Program-made: the position numbers and the translations under genes
The notes under the pieces: model-generated
Seen by the model: only the letters and a program-made list of their open reading frames with translations
Database searches by the model: none
Told to the model about the DNA's origin: nothing
DNA from: Neoechinorhynchus agilis
Taxonomy: Eukaryota > Animalia > Acanthocephala
DNA length: 64,000 nt
Assembly: GCA_051530055.1 (NCBI GenBank)
Contig: CM121341.1
Coordinates: forward strand, 2,966,151-3,030,150
Direction of reading: 5' to 3'
Shown here: piece by piece, positions 36,860 to 48,408 of the stretch
Layout: the number at the start of each line of letters is the position of its first letter
Numbering within the stretch: the stretch's first letter is position 1

Positions 36860-37070
36860 GGGACGGCGAGATGAGGATGCTGAGATGGGTTGCCGCTGTT
36901 CAGAGTGGATCGTCCAAAGAAGGTTGCGCTGGCACGATAAAGTTTCGAAGTGCGGAGCAGATCACATACCGCCCACTAGGAAGGCCGAGGAAACGATGGG
37001 TGGATTGCATCAAACAGAATGAATTGGTTGTCGAGGGAACCGCAACCTCCCGAGAGAGAAAAATGTGTGA
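36860..37070 (+). mobile_element. RTE-clade LINE 3' fragment
   Basis: EMRMLRW and RPLGRPRKRWVDCIKQN, typical of RTE ORF C-termini. Confidence 0.7.
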
Positions 37071-37146
37071 GTGAGAACTCTTTGAAGTGCACCACAAAAA
37101 GGGAGTGCGGAATTTTGGACTTGTCGAAGTTGGAGATGTCTAATCT

Positions 37147-37219
37147 CGACCTCGGCAGGATTCGAACCTGCAATCTCCTGATCCGTAGTCAGGCGCGTTA
37201 TCCATTGCGCCACGAGGCC
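37147..37219 (-). tRNA. tRNA-Arg(ACG)
   Basis: GGCCTCG TGGCGCAATGGATAACGCG CCTGACT-ACG-GATCAGG AGATTGCAGGTTCGAATCCTGC CGAGGTC G folds as a full cloverleaf. Confidence 0.97.
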
Positions 37220-37364
37220 AATTGATCGCGATCGAAACTACATCACAATAACGTCTAAAATCTACTGAATAAACCGATGAAAATGCTAGTCAAATATTTT
37301 TATATCAAGTGTTAGTATCCTTACGAACCTACAATTGATAAAGACCATTCTTTTTAAACGGAGA

Positions 37365-38099
37365 CTACTCATTAGTTTTCGGTAACTGTGATAGTCCATC
37401 ACTAAAATCACCGTCTTCGTTATTAATTCCATGATCATTAGCTTGTGAATGTTTAAAGTGCTCGTACATTATAGCCACGAACATCTCGTGTTTTTCTGAA
37501 TGTGGTTGACCGTTACAAAACGGAGAAGGCCCTAAGACTTCAAATTGTCCAAAATTAAGTTCTCTCACCGACGCATCTCGATCGGGCTGCCGTTTATGAA
37601 TAGTGTATTTAAGCTCTAATTGTTCCTGTAAGAACTCCCTCTTTCCTGTTTTCTCCTTCTTGATTTTATTCGCCAGTTCTTCACACGTTCTTAATGACTC
37701 TATAGTCTTGTCGGTAGATTGAATCTCAGTAGTAAACGATAATGCCAACTCCCGAGTTGCCGACGTGAATACAACTGACCTAAAAACATTTGCTCCAACT
37801 CCAATATGAACACCGAATTCGTTAATTTTCCTCGTTAAATTCAACAGACGACAATATGATTCGTGTAACAATTCATGCCGTGGTACAGTAAAAGCATTCT
37901 CCAAATTCCAAATACTAACGCTACCCAAAGAAGAGCTATGTTTCTTTATCACTTTTTTGGCATCAAACAAAATTGGCAGCAAATCTGTACCTTCGGAATC
38001 CCTAGCCATCATCATGAGCATTTCTTTAGCGTTAGCCATCGATCGCCATGAATCCTTTGGTAGCAGATATTCTTTGTTCAAAAAGTCATTGTAACTCAT
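37365..38099 (-). CDS. Hypothetical protein, 244 aa
   Basis: Long open frame in AT-rich DNA, predicted coiled-coil middle, ctcag acceptor directly before ATG; no recognised motif. Confidence 0.6.
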   Translation of the reverse strand: MSYNDFLNKEYLLPKDSWRSMANAKEMLMMMARDSEGTDLLPILFDAKKVIKKHSSSLGSVSIWNLENAFTVPRHELLHESYCRLLNLTRKINEFGVHIGVGANVFRSVVFTSATRELALSFTTEIQSTDKTIESLRTCEELANKIKKEKTGKREFLQEQLELKYTIHKRQPDRDASVRELNFGQFEVLGPSPFCNGQPHSEKHEMFVAIMYEHFKHSQANDHGINNEDGDFSDGLSQLPKTNE

Positions 38100-38761
38100 C
38101 TGAGTTTAGTGCTCAACAATAATCTGGTCCGTCGGGTTTGTTGTCATGACGATGGCGGTACTCCTCATAAACTTCGCTCTTTGATCTTGATTTTATTTAG
38201 CGTTTGAACAACTCTTCAATTTTAATAATAAACTAAAAGACTTGAATTTATGTTTATCAAAGTTATTTAATCAACGTAAATAAAAGATGAAGATCACTCA
38301 ACGAATAAAAACTCGGTCATGGCTTCTAAACAGTCACATGCAAAGTTCAAGAGTTTTTATAAAAACTCGAAAAGAAATAATAAAATTAACGGTGGATCAA
38401 AAGAGTTAAATTTATGACTACAAAGATAATAATTAGAGTTGTTTAACAGACAAGTCAAAGATTCTTGCCTTAACTACTAAAATAGAAAATCACTTACTTG
38501 AAAATAAAAATAAGAAGAGAAAAGCGATTTTACATTGATTTAATAATTTGAGTTAAGTACAAATGAATAAATTTTGAAGTTTCAAAAAAATTCACTCTTT
38601 TAAAAACACGATACCTTTCGAAAAAAATCTGTTATAAACGTGAATTTGCGAATAAAATCATGAAAAAGTGTTTTTCGCAAAAAGCAAATTGTAATCAAAC
38701 GGTCCACTGTTCTTAATTATAATCTATTCTTAAAAGATACACGAACTATTTACTTGCAATT

Positions 38762-39316
38762 TTATTGAGGAAGTAACTTGCAATCTCCTTTCTCAGTACA
38801 GCCTTCGCTAATCTTCTCTCTATTTGGTTTCCTCATCTGAGTCTTTTGCAACCACTCACGACGATTCTTTTCCCTTGCAGCCATTTCATCTTCCTTCTTC
38901 TTAGCATATTTCTCACAAACGTGCAAAGCATTCAATTTATGTTCGACATGTCGGATAACAGCATTATCAACATCCTCAATTTGTCGCTCAGTTTGACAAA
39001 TCCGCGGTTTCTCAGCGCTGACTTGATTCCTCATCCTTTCAAAAGACGCTTCTCTCAATTGGCGATGAGCATCATCACTTGAACAAACTTGAATTGCCTC
39101 TGATGACGAGTCATTGAAATCTTGCTCACAAAAATGCTCAAATGGGTTATTAGCGTACAGGGTTTTACACGTGCACGTCCGGCAAGCGGCTCCGGCTTTA
39201 GTAATGCCGTCAAAACACATTGAACAAACCGAATGACCGCATCGAGGCAAACGGCGTAGCTCTTGGCCAATGAGTGAACATTGAGCGCATCGCGGAGATC
39301 TACCGGAAGGTGGCAT
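38762..39316 (-). CDS. C3HC4 RING-finger protein with coiled-coil tail, 184 aa
   Basis: C-x2-C-x12-C-x-H-x2-C-x2-C-x10-C-x2-C: CAQC SLIGQELRRLPR CGH SV CSMC FDGITKAGAA CRTC. Confidence 0.85.
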   Translation of the reverse strand: MPPSGRSPRCAQCSLIGQELRRLPRCGHSVCSMCFDGITKAGAACRTCTCKTLYANNPFEHFCEQDFNDSSSEAIQVCSSDDAHRQLREASFERMRNQVSAEKPRICQTERQIEDVDNAVIRHVEHKLNALHVCEKYAKKKEDEMAAREKNRREWLQKTQMRKPNREKISEGCTEKGDCKLLPQ

Positions 39317-42300
39317 CTTCGAATCAGTGAGAATTGGAGAAGAATAAAGGATACTTTTGGGAAATAAAATAAATTCAACAAGAATTTAAGATGAAAATTA
39401 AACGCATTGTGGAGATCTACCGGAAGGTGGCATCTTCGAATCAGTGAGAATTGGAGAAGAATAAAGGATACTTTTGGGAAATAAAATAAATTCAACGAGA
39501 ATTTAAGATGAAAATTAAACGCATTGCGGAGATCTACCGGAAGGTGGCATCTTCGAATCAGTGAGAATTGGAGAAGAATAAAGGATACTTTTGGGAAATA
39601 AAATAAATTCAACGAGAATTTAAGATGAAAATTAAACGCATTGTGGAGATCTACCGGAAGGTGGCATCTTCGAATCAGTGAGAATTGGAGAAGAATAAAG
39701 GATACTTTTGGGAAATAAAATAAATTCAACAAGAATTTAAGATGAAAATTAAACGCATTGTGGAGATCTACCGGAAGGTGGCATCTTCGAATCAGTGAGA
39801 ATTGGAGAAGAATAAAGGATACTGGGAAATAAAATAAATTCAACGAGAATTTAAGATGAAAATTAAACGCATCGCGGAGATCTACCGGAAGGTGGCATCT
39901 TCGAATCAATGAGAATTGGAGAAGAATAAAGGATACTTTTGGGAAATAAAATAAATTCAACGAGAATTTAAGATGAAAATTCAGGGCATTGTGGAGATCT
40001 ACCGGAAGGTGGCATCTTCGAATCAGTGAGAATTGGAGAAGAATAAAGGATACTTTTGGGAAATAAAATAAATTCAACAAGAATTTAAGATGAAAATTAA
40101 ACGCATTGTGGAGATCTACCGGAAGGTGGCATCTTCGAATCAGTGAGAATGGGAGAAGAATAAAGGATACTTTTGGGAAATAAAATAAATTCAACGAGAA
40201 TTTAAGATGAAAATTAAACGCATCGCGGAGATCTACCGGAAGGTGGCATCTTCGAATCAATGAGAATTGGAGAAGAATAAAGGATACTTTTGGGAAATAA
40301 AATAAATTCAACGAGAATTTAAGATGAAAATTCAGGGCATTGTGGAGATCTACCGGAAGGTGGCATCTTCGAATCAGTGAGAATTGGAGAAGAATAAAGG
40401 ATACTTTTGGGAAATAAAATAAATTCAACGAGAATTTAAGATGAAAATTAAACGCATCGTGGAGATCTACCGGAAGGTGGCATCTTCGAATCAGTGAATG
40501 GGAGAAGAATAAAGGATACTTTTGGGAAATAAAATAAATTCAACGAGAATTTAAGATGAAAATTAAACGCATTGTGGAGATCTACCGGAAGGTGGCATCT
40601 TCGAATCAGTGAGAATTGGAGAATAAAGGATACTTTTGGGAAATAAATAAATTCAACGAGAATTTAAGATGAAAATTAAGCGCATCGCGGAGATCTACCG
40701 GAAGGTGGCATCTTCGAATCAATGAGAATTGGAGAAGAATAAAGGATACTTTTGGGAAATAAAATAAATTCAACGAGAATTTAAGATGAAAATTAAGCGC
40801 ATCGCGGAGATCTACCGGAAGGTGGCATCTTCGAATCAGTGAGAATTGGAGAAGAATAAAGGATACTTTTGGGAAATAAAATAAATTCAACAAGAATTTA
40901 AGATGAAAATTAAACGCATTGTGGAGATCTACCGGAAGGTGGCATCTTCGAATCAGTGAGAATTGGAGAAGAATAAAGGATACTTTTGGGAAATAAAATA
41001 AATTCAACGAGAATTTAAGATGAAAATTAAACGCATCGCGGAGATCTACCGGAAGGTGGCATCTTCGAATCAATGAGAATTGGAGAAGAATAAAGGATAC
41101 TTTTGGGAAATAAAATAAATTCAACGAGAATTTAAGATGAAAATTAAGCGCATTGTGGAGATCTACCGGAAGGTGGCATCTTCGAATCAGTGAGAATTGG
41201 AGAAGAATAAAGGATACTTTTGGGAAATAAAATAAATTCAACGAGAATTTAAGATGAAAATTAAACGCATCGCGGAGATCTACCGGAAGGTGGCATCTTC
41301 GAATCAGTGAGAATTGGAGAAGAATAAAGGATACTTTTGGGAAATAAAATAAATTCAACGAGAATTTAAGATGAAAATTAAACGCATCGCGGAGATCTAC
41401 CGGAAGGTGGCATCTTCGAATCAGTGAGAATTGGAGAAGAATAAAGGATACTTTTGGGAAATAAAATAAATTCAACGAGAATTTAAGATGAAAATTAAAC
41501 GCATCGCGGAGATCTACCGGAAGGTGGCATCTTCGAATCAGTGAGAATTGGAGAAGAATAAAGGATACTTTTGGGAAATAAAATAAATTCAACGAGAATT
41601 TAAGATGAAAATTAAACGCATCGCGGAGATCTACCGGAAGGTGGCATCTTCGAATCAGTGAGAATTGGAGAAGAATAAAGGATACTTTTGGGAAATAAAA
41701 TAAATTCAACGAGAATTTAAGATGAAAATTAAACGCATCGCGGAGATCTACCGGAAGGTGGCATCTTCGAATCAGTGAGAATTGGAGAAGAATAAAGGAT
41801 ACTTTTGGGAAATAAAATAAATTCAACGAGAATTTAAGATGAAAATTAAACGCATCGCGGAGATCTACCGGAAGGTGGCATCTTCGAATCAGTGAGAATT
41901 GGAGAAGAATAAAGGATACTTTTGGGAAATAAATAAATTACGAGAATTTAAGATGAAAATTAAACGCATCGCGGAGATCTACCGGAAGGTGGCATCTTCG
42001 AATCAGTGAGAATTGGAGAATAAAGGATACTTTTGGGAAATAAAATAAATTCAACGAGAATTTAAGATGAAAATTAAGCGCATCGCGGAGATCTACCGGA
42101 AGGTGGCATCTTCGAATCAGTGAGAATTGGAGAAGAATAAAGGATACTTTTGGGAAATAAAATAAATTCAACGAGAATTTAAGATGAAAATTAAGCGCAT
42201 CGCGGAGATCTACCGGAAGGTGGCATCTTCGAATCAATGAGAATTGGAGAAGAATAAAGGATACTTTTGGGAAATAAAATAAATTCAACGAGAATTTAAG

Positions 42301-42386
42301 ATGAAAATTAAGCACTCGGAGATCTACCGGAAGGTGGCATCTTCGAATCAATGAGAATTGGAGAAGAATAAAGGATACTTTTGGGA
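39284..42386. repeat. 117-bp tandem satellite, ~26 copies, containing the RING gene start codon
   Basis: gatctaccggaagg at 39297, 39414, 39531; minus strand of each unit reads ATG CCA CCT TCC GGT AGA TCT CC(G/A) C(G/A)A TGC G(T/C)T TAA. Confidence 0.97.
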
Positions 42387-43654
42387 GATTCCAAACTGAA
42401 AACATCACCCCGGACGTTTCCCTTATGATATCCGAGGACCGGAATTTTCGAGATTGTTATCCCTTTGGTGCAATCTTTCGGCATTTGTGACGCTTCTCGC
42501 GGTTAAAATTCGACCGTTTCTGGTGGTTTTACCTTTTTGCCTCGATTTGTATAAATCTTTACTGGTTGCATTTCGATACTTAAATTGAATCGCTTGATTA
42601 TTTTGTGTCGATCTCTGTACGATATTTCCTTGAGTTTTCTGATTTTACGATCCTTACATTCAACTTTCCCCACCTTTTCATTTGGCAGGGGAAAAATGAG
42701 AACCGACGTATCTCCACCAAAACACAAGTGGCCCAGGAGCGCATGTGATTGCCCTCGGTGGGTTTTTCTGTTTTGGATGTTGAACGGAGTGTGCCTGTGC
42801 GCGTAGGATCCTCTGAACTCCTTTCTCGCGAGAAAAAGAGTGGAGATTCACTTAGATGAACACTCTGACTTTCTTGAAGGTGTTTTTTTAGATTCTGAAG
42901 AAGATCCAAGATAGGGGATCGAAATATTGAATTTAATAAATAATCATGAGTTTGAGAGTGACATGAGTGATTTGTCTGATTGGCGGTGTAGAACTTGCAC
43001 CTGTCCTGCTCCGTCCACCCAAGCGAGTTTTCGTTCTGGGTGCGGGAATGCAGCAGGTTCAATCCACAATGTCGAAATCGTGAGTGTCCGTGATAGTTTG
43101 ACCTCTTCCATATCTACCAAGGCGGCTGAGTTTTTTTAGATACCCCCGGCGAGCCGAACCATCTTAAGACACAAGTCACGTCGTTGACTCAAATCAAATA
43201 TCTTCAATGGGCCACGACGTTGTCGCTATTCGTTTTTTACCAACGGTGCTGAGGTTGTTTTCGAGGCATCCACAAATGGCGCTCTCCCGTATGACGTCTA
43301 CTTGCGGAGAGAATAAGGATAAGTAGCGGCATTCTGACGTGGTCAATCAATGTTACACATCGTGTTGACCGTCGTTCGTTTGTGTGCGATCTGGGCGAAT
43401 ATTAAAAAACGTTAACTATCTCGAGGAATGTCACAAGTATCTTTTGTGAATTCGGTGGCCCTGTGCCACCCACCTCTAACGCCTGAACGTTAGATGATAT
43501 TTTTTGGCGACCGGGATGTAAGCATTTTAACCTTATTTCTGGTCGCATTCAATCGACTCAAGTTTTCATTGGATACCAGTGCGACCCCAGAAATGTGTTC
43601 TTTTCACCGAGTTGTCAGTTATCAAGTTCTGGATATCAACGCTGATGAATAAAG

Positions 43655-45470
43655 ACCCAACCTCACAAACTCTCCTCGACGCGAATAACCAAACCACTTT
43701 CCCACCCGCCCGGACCCGTAATCAACTCCAAAATAAATAGCCACATTCATTTAATTTATCAGTACTCGCACCTCCCTTGGCCCCCCCACTCCTTTTTCCT
43801 TATTGTCCAATCTTCTTGGATATTTTAACTCGAAATGAACCCGAGGAAGGGCCCAACCTCACAAACTCTGCTCGACGCGAATACCCAAACCACTTTCCCA
43901 CTCTCCCGGGCATGTAATCAACTCCAAAATAAATAGCCACATTCATTTAATTTATCAGTACTCGCACCTCCCTTGGCCCCCACTCCTTTTTCCTTATTGT
44001 CCAATCTTCTTGGATATTTTAACTCGAAATGAACAGAGGAAAGACCCAACCTCACAAACTCTCCTCGACGCGAATAACCAAACCACTTTCCCACCCGCCC
44101 GGACCCGTAATCAACTCCAAAATAAATAGCCACATTCATTTAATTTATCAGTACTCGCACCTCCCTTGGCCCCCACTCCTTTTTCCTTATTGTCCAATCT
44201 TCTTGGATATTTTAACTCGAAATGAACCCAAGGAAAGACCCAACCTCACAAACTCTCCTCGACGCGAATAACCAAACCACTATCCCACTCTCCCGGGCAT
44301 GTAATCAACTCCAAAATAAATAGCCACATTCATTTAATTTATCAGTACTCGCACCTCCCTCGACCTCCGCTGATTTTTCCTTATTGTCCAATCTTCTTGG
44401 ATATCTTAAATCGAAATGAACAGAAGGAAGGAACCAATCTCACAAACTCTCCTCGACGCGAATAACAAACAACTTTCCCACCCTCCCGGGCATGTAATCA
44501 ACTCCAAAATAAATAGCCACATTCATTTAATTTATCAGTACTCGCACCTCCCTCGACCTCCGCTGATTTCTCCTTACTACCCAATCTTTTGTCGGATATC
44601 TTAACTCGAAATTAACAGAAGGAAGGAACCAATCTCACAAACTCTCCTCGACGCGAATAACAAACAACTTTCCCACCCGCCCGGGCCCGTAATCAACTCC
44701 GAAATAAATAGTCACATTCATTTAACTTATCAGTACTCTCACCTCCTTCGACCTCCGCTGATTTTTCCTTACTACCCAATCTTTTGTCGGATATCTTAAC
44801 TCGAAATGAACAGAAGGAAAGAACCAATCTCACAAACTCTCCTCGACGCGAATACCCAAACCACTTTCCCACTCTCCCGGACCCGTAATCAACTCCAAAA
44901 TAAATAGCCACATTCATTTAATTTATCAGTACTCGCACCTCCCTTGGCCCCCACTCCTTTTTCCTTATTGTCCAATCTTCTTGGATATTTTAATTCGAAA
45001 TGAACAGAGGAAAGACCCAACTTTACAAACTCTCCTCGACGCGAATAATGAAACCAATTTCCTACCCGACTGAACCCGTAATCAATTGTAAAATATATAG
45101 CCACATTCATTTAACTTATCAGTACTCGCACCTCCCTCGACCTCCGCTGATTTTTCCTTATTGTCCAATCTACTTGGATATCTTAACTCGAAATGAACAG
45201 AGGAAAGACCCAACTTTACAAACTCTCCTCGACCCGAATAACAAACCACTTTCCCACCCGCCCGGACCCGTAATCTTCTCCGAAATAAATAGCCACATTC
45301 ATTTAATTTATCAGTACTCGCACCTCCCTCGACCTCCGCTGATTTCTCCTTACTACCCAATCTTTTGTCGGATATCTTAACTCGAAATGAACAGAAGGAA
45401 AGAACCAATCTCACAAACTCTCCTCGACGCGAATAACCAAACCACTCTCCCACTCTCCCGGACCCGTAAT
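43655..45470. repeat. ~194-bp tandem satellite, ~9 copies, C-rich on + strand
   Basis: gccacattcatttaa at 43740, 43936, 44129, 44323, 44516, 44907 (one variant at 44711). Confidence 0.95.
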
Positions 45471-45787
45471 CTACCCCGAAATGCCGACTAATTTGTTCGT
45501 CATACTCCGCAACTTTGGTAGCACCAGAGTGTTGTTCGATTTGTTGCCTTCTATCGTCGGATTTCCCCGGATGTGAATGGTCAGCGACTGAAGAGGCAAG
45601 GAAAACCTTGTGAAATATTTCGTAATTAGTAAATGAGTATCAATAACACCGGGGACAGGATTCGCCAACGTACAATCTTCAAGAAATTCGATTATTTAGA
45701 TATTACCGAACCCGTCAATAGAAAACCATAACGACGTTTAAATTGGAATTATTGTTTTGGTCTACACCCGGTATATGATTATTTATT

Positions 45788-45825
45788 AAAGACGTTTCGA
45801 ACCTCGTCGAGTTCATCATCAGTTT
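45788..45825 (-). ncRNA. Minimal type I hammerhead ribozyme (Penelope type)
   Basis: Minus strand aaa CTGATGA t gaact cgacga ggttc GAAA cg TC ttt: core, stem II, palindromic ACGU stem III, 3-bp stem I. Confidence 0.8.
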
Positions 45826-45844
45826 GTTTGTTAGTAATAGACGC

Positions 45845-45882
45845 AAACTGATGATGAATCCGAAGAGGTTCGAAACGTCTTT
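45845..45882 (+). ncRNA. Minimal type I hammerhead ribozyme (Penelope type)
   Basis: aaa CTGATGA t gaatc cgaaga ggttc GAAA cg TC ttt. Confidence 0.8.
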
Positions 45883-46219
45883 AATCGAAATAATTATTTA
45901 CCGGGTGTACACCAAAACAATAATTAGAATCACGTTCCCCGATAGCTCACATATCAACATTTAAATTATTTTGAGAATTTCAACAAGGGCGCCTACAATC
46001 ACAAAAGTCGACCCATCAACCTGAAACTGTAAACAATGCGACACATTTCATTTTTTCAATTGGAATTGAACTCCCCTAAATCTTATACTCGATTTTGTAA
46101 GATAGTTCTTAATTTTCGAAAGGACAGATGCAGTCCGACCAGGTCCTGTGCCGCGGTACCAAACGACCCGAGGTTTTAAATATTTAATTTGGGTTTTTGC
46201 GTTTGCCTATTTGTGTATT

Positions 46220-46878
46220 TGCATTTTGAAATGTAGCGTTTTCGATAAGGTGATGAATGTTTTACCGATGGATAAATCATTTTATGACAATAAAACAAAG
46301 GACGATTTTATATCGTTTCGCGATACGACTAAAAATTAAATACATTCGACTTTAACGATCTTTCTCGGCATTTAAATGATCGACCACAAAATAATAACAT
46401 ATTTCATCGCCCGAATGCAATCCTAAACGAAGGTCACAATCATTTTTTGCAATAATTCTTATCTATCACGGACCTTAAAACTCCAAATTGCTTAAAATAT
46501 ATTTTCTGTGTTAAATAAGCGAATTTCACATAGATGCGTTTTTTCAAGAGTCACAAAACCTCTTTTGAACTGCTCAGGGCATTTTGAACAACAGGCGTAT
46601 TATCAAACGCTAAAACATAAAGATCTACTATATAATGAAAAAGAGGCTTCAACATTTAATTTACAGTTTCTGTGTCGTTTTACTGTAGTATTGCATTTTG
46701 AAATGTAGCGTTTTCGATAAGGTGATGAATGTTTTACCGATGGATAAATCATTTTATGACAATAAAACAAAGGACGATTTTATATCGTTTCGCGATACGG
46801 CTAAAAATTAAATACATTCGACTTTAACGATCTTTCTCGGCATTTAAATGATCGACCACAAAATAATAACATATTTCA
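46220..46878. repeat. ~190-bp direct repeat pair (46220-46408 and 46692-46878)
   Basis: tgcattttgaaatgtagcgttttcgataagg...aataataacatatttca duplicated with ~280 bp between copies. Confidence 0.85.
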
Positions 46879-47538
46879 CCACTTAAAATTTTCTTCCTTT
46901 TATAGTTTAAACACCTTAAATTACTAATGTACCTTTCTTTTCGTTGATAGTCTCAATTCAATAATTAACCTCAGTCTTTTAAAATTAGTTTTTTAAAGCA
47001 AGAGAAGAAGATGTTACATTCGATGCTTACAATCGGCGTTCGAGTTCAATAAGCCTTTTAAGAGTTGTTAATAGTAAGCTGATTGAAAAGTGCAAAATCC
47101 ATTTTAAAAGTAAACAATTAAATTACAAAAAATCGTAGGTATCCGACACCAATTTTTATGTTAGAACTTTATCGGAAGCTCCAATGAGTTACGAAGGTTT
47201 ATCAATATTAAGAAAACTACTGAACCTGCTTTCAATGTCAATGATGACTGATACAATATCTCATCGCTGATCGAAAAATCCAACAAAAAAAGATAAATTT
47301 GATTTGCTTTTATCGGCGGATTTTTTCCATTAGGCATCGATTTCTCCAGTATCATTGGAAGTTTTGCGTGCGATTGTTTATATCCATTTAATGGATTTTC
47401 TTTAACTAAACAGTATGTTATCATTAGAAATTTATTTTAGTGTCCTAAGAAAGGTTATAAGGAGATTCGTTTGTCGTATGATTTATAAAAGTCTTAGCAC
47501 CGTAAAAACCCTTTTCTCGGTCACAAATGGCAATTTAT

Positions 47539-47733
47539 TCAATCGTAGTAAATGATATAGAGAGCATGGATCAGTCCTGGTAAAAACATAAGAAACGTAA
47601 GCAGTACATTGATCCAAACTTGTCCAGTGCATCCATCTTCGGCTATAAAAACAGCAACCGGCGGTAGTATAAGAGCCACCAACGCAAGAAGAAGTTTATT
47701 TGTATCCAATCCTTTTCCTTGAGTTGCTTGCAT
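47539..47733 (-). CDS. Pmp3/UPF0057 small membrane proteolipid, 64 aa
   Basis: LILPPVAVF...WINVLLTFLMFLPGLIHALYII family signature. Confidence 0.92.
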   Translation of the reverse strand: MQATQGKGLDTNKLLLALVALILPPVAVFIAEDGCTGQVWINVLLTFLMFLPGLIHALYIIYYD

Positions 47734-48408
47734 TGTTAAAAGATTTTCGACAAGCGAGTTTAAGGGTGCGTTTTAATACTCACGATTTTATGTCATAAAT
47801 AGTCTTTGTATTCAAAAAAAACACCTTCAAGGTAATCCATGTTTTTTTTCAAAAACAGAGAAATAAAAAGTGTTTTACCTTTGAGCAATATAAAATCTTA
47901 CAAAAAATACGAATCTAATTCTGATGAACGTATCACAAGAAATAGGATTGAGCGAATATTCACAATTTTCTAACATTTTTGTATTCAAACCAACTTACAA
48001 ATAAACGTTTAATTGAAACATCCGTCGAATTGGTTCCTCTTACAATAATTTTTTATCTAACCGATAAAATATTTCGTCATTCATTAATAAATAAAAACTG
48101 AAAACCCTAATCACTTTCAAAATAACGAGCAATGACTGCGGAATTCACCACTGTTTTTGGTCATTTTTGGGTTTCGAAAAACAGGCGAATTATTATGCTT
48201 TAACAAAGCTTAATTTACATCGTATTTTTATTTTATTAATTTATCGTAACTTTTTTAATCTTCGCTGACATAAAGAATTTTTAATTGCCTTTAATTTTTG
48301 GCCAGACTGTTCGTCAAATTCCATTAACAACGATTAAAATTTGTGTTTGGAATTAAGTTGTAAATCATATCTTTTATTACCTGAAGTGGATGTATAATCT
48401 TAGAAGCG

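Noticed and set aside
39055-42408. Long - strand ORFs of 457, 406 and 156 aa (NLFYFPKVSFILLQF... repeats)
   Set aside because: They arise because the 117-bp unit is a multiple of three and lacks a stop in that frame; the meaningful frame is the RING start frame
43918-45453. ORFs within the 194-bp array
   Set aside because: Short, frame-inconsistent between units, no protein signature
46220-46878. Possible TRIM or mini LTR element (TG...CA direct repeats)
   Set aside because: No target-site duplication, primer-binding site or polypurine tract is visible
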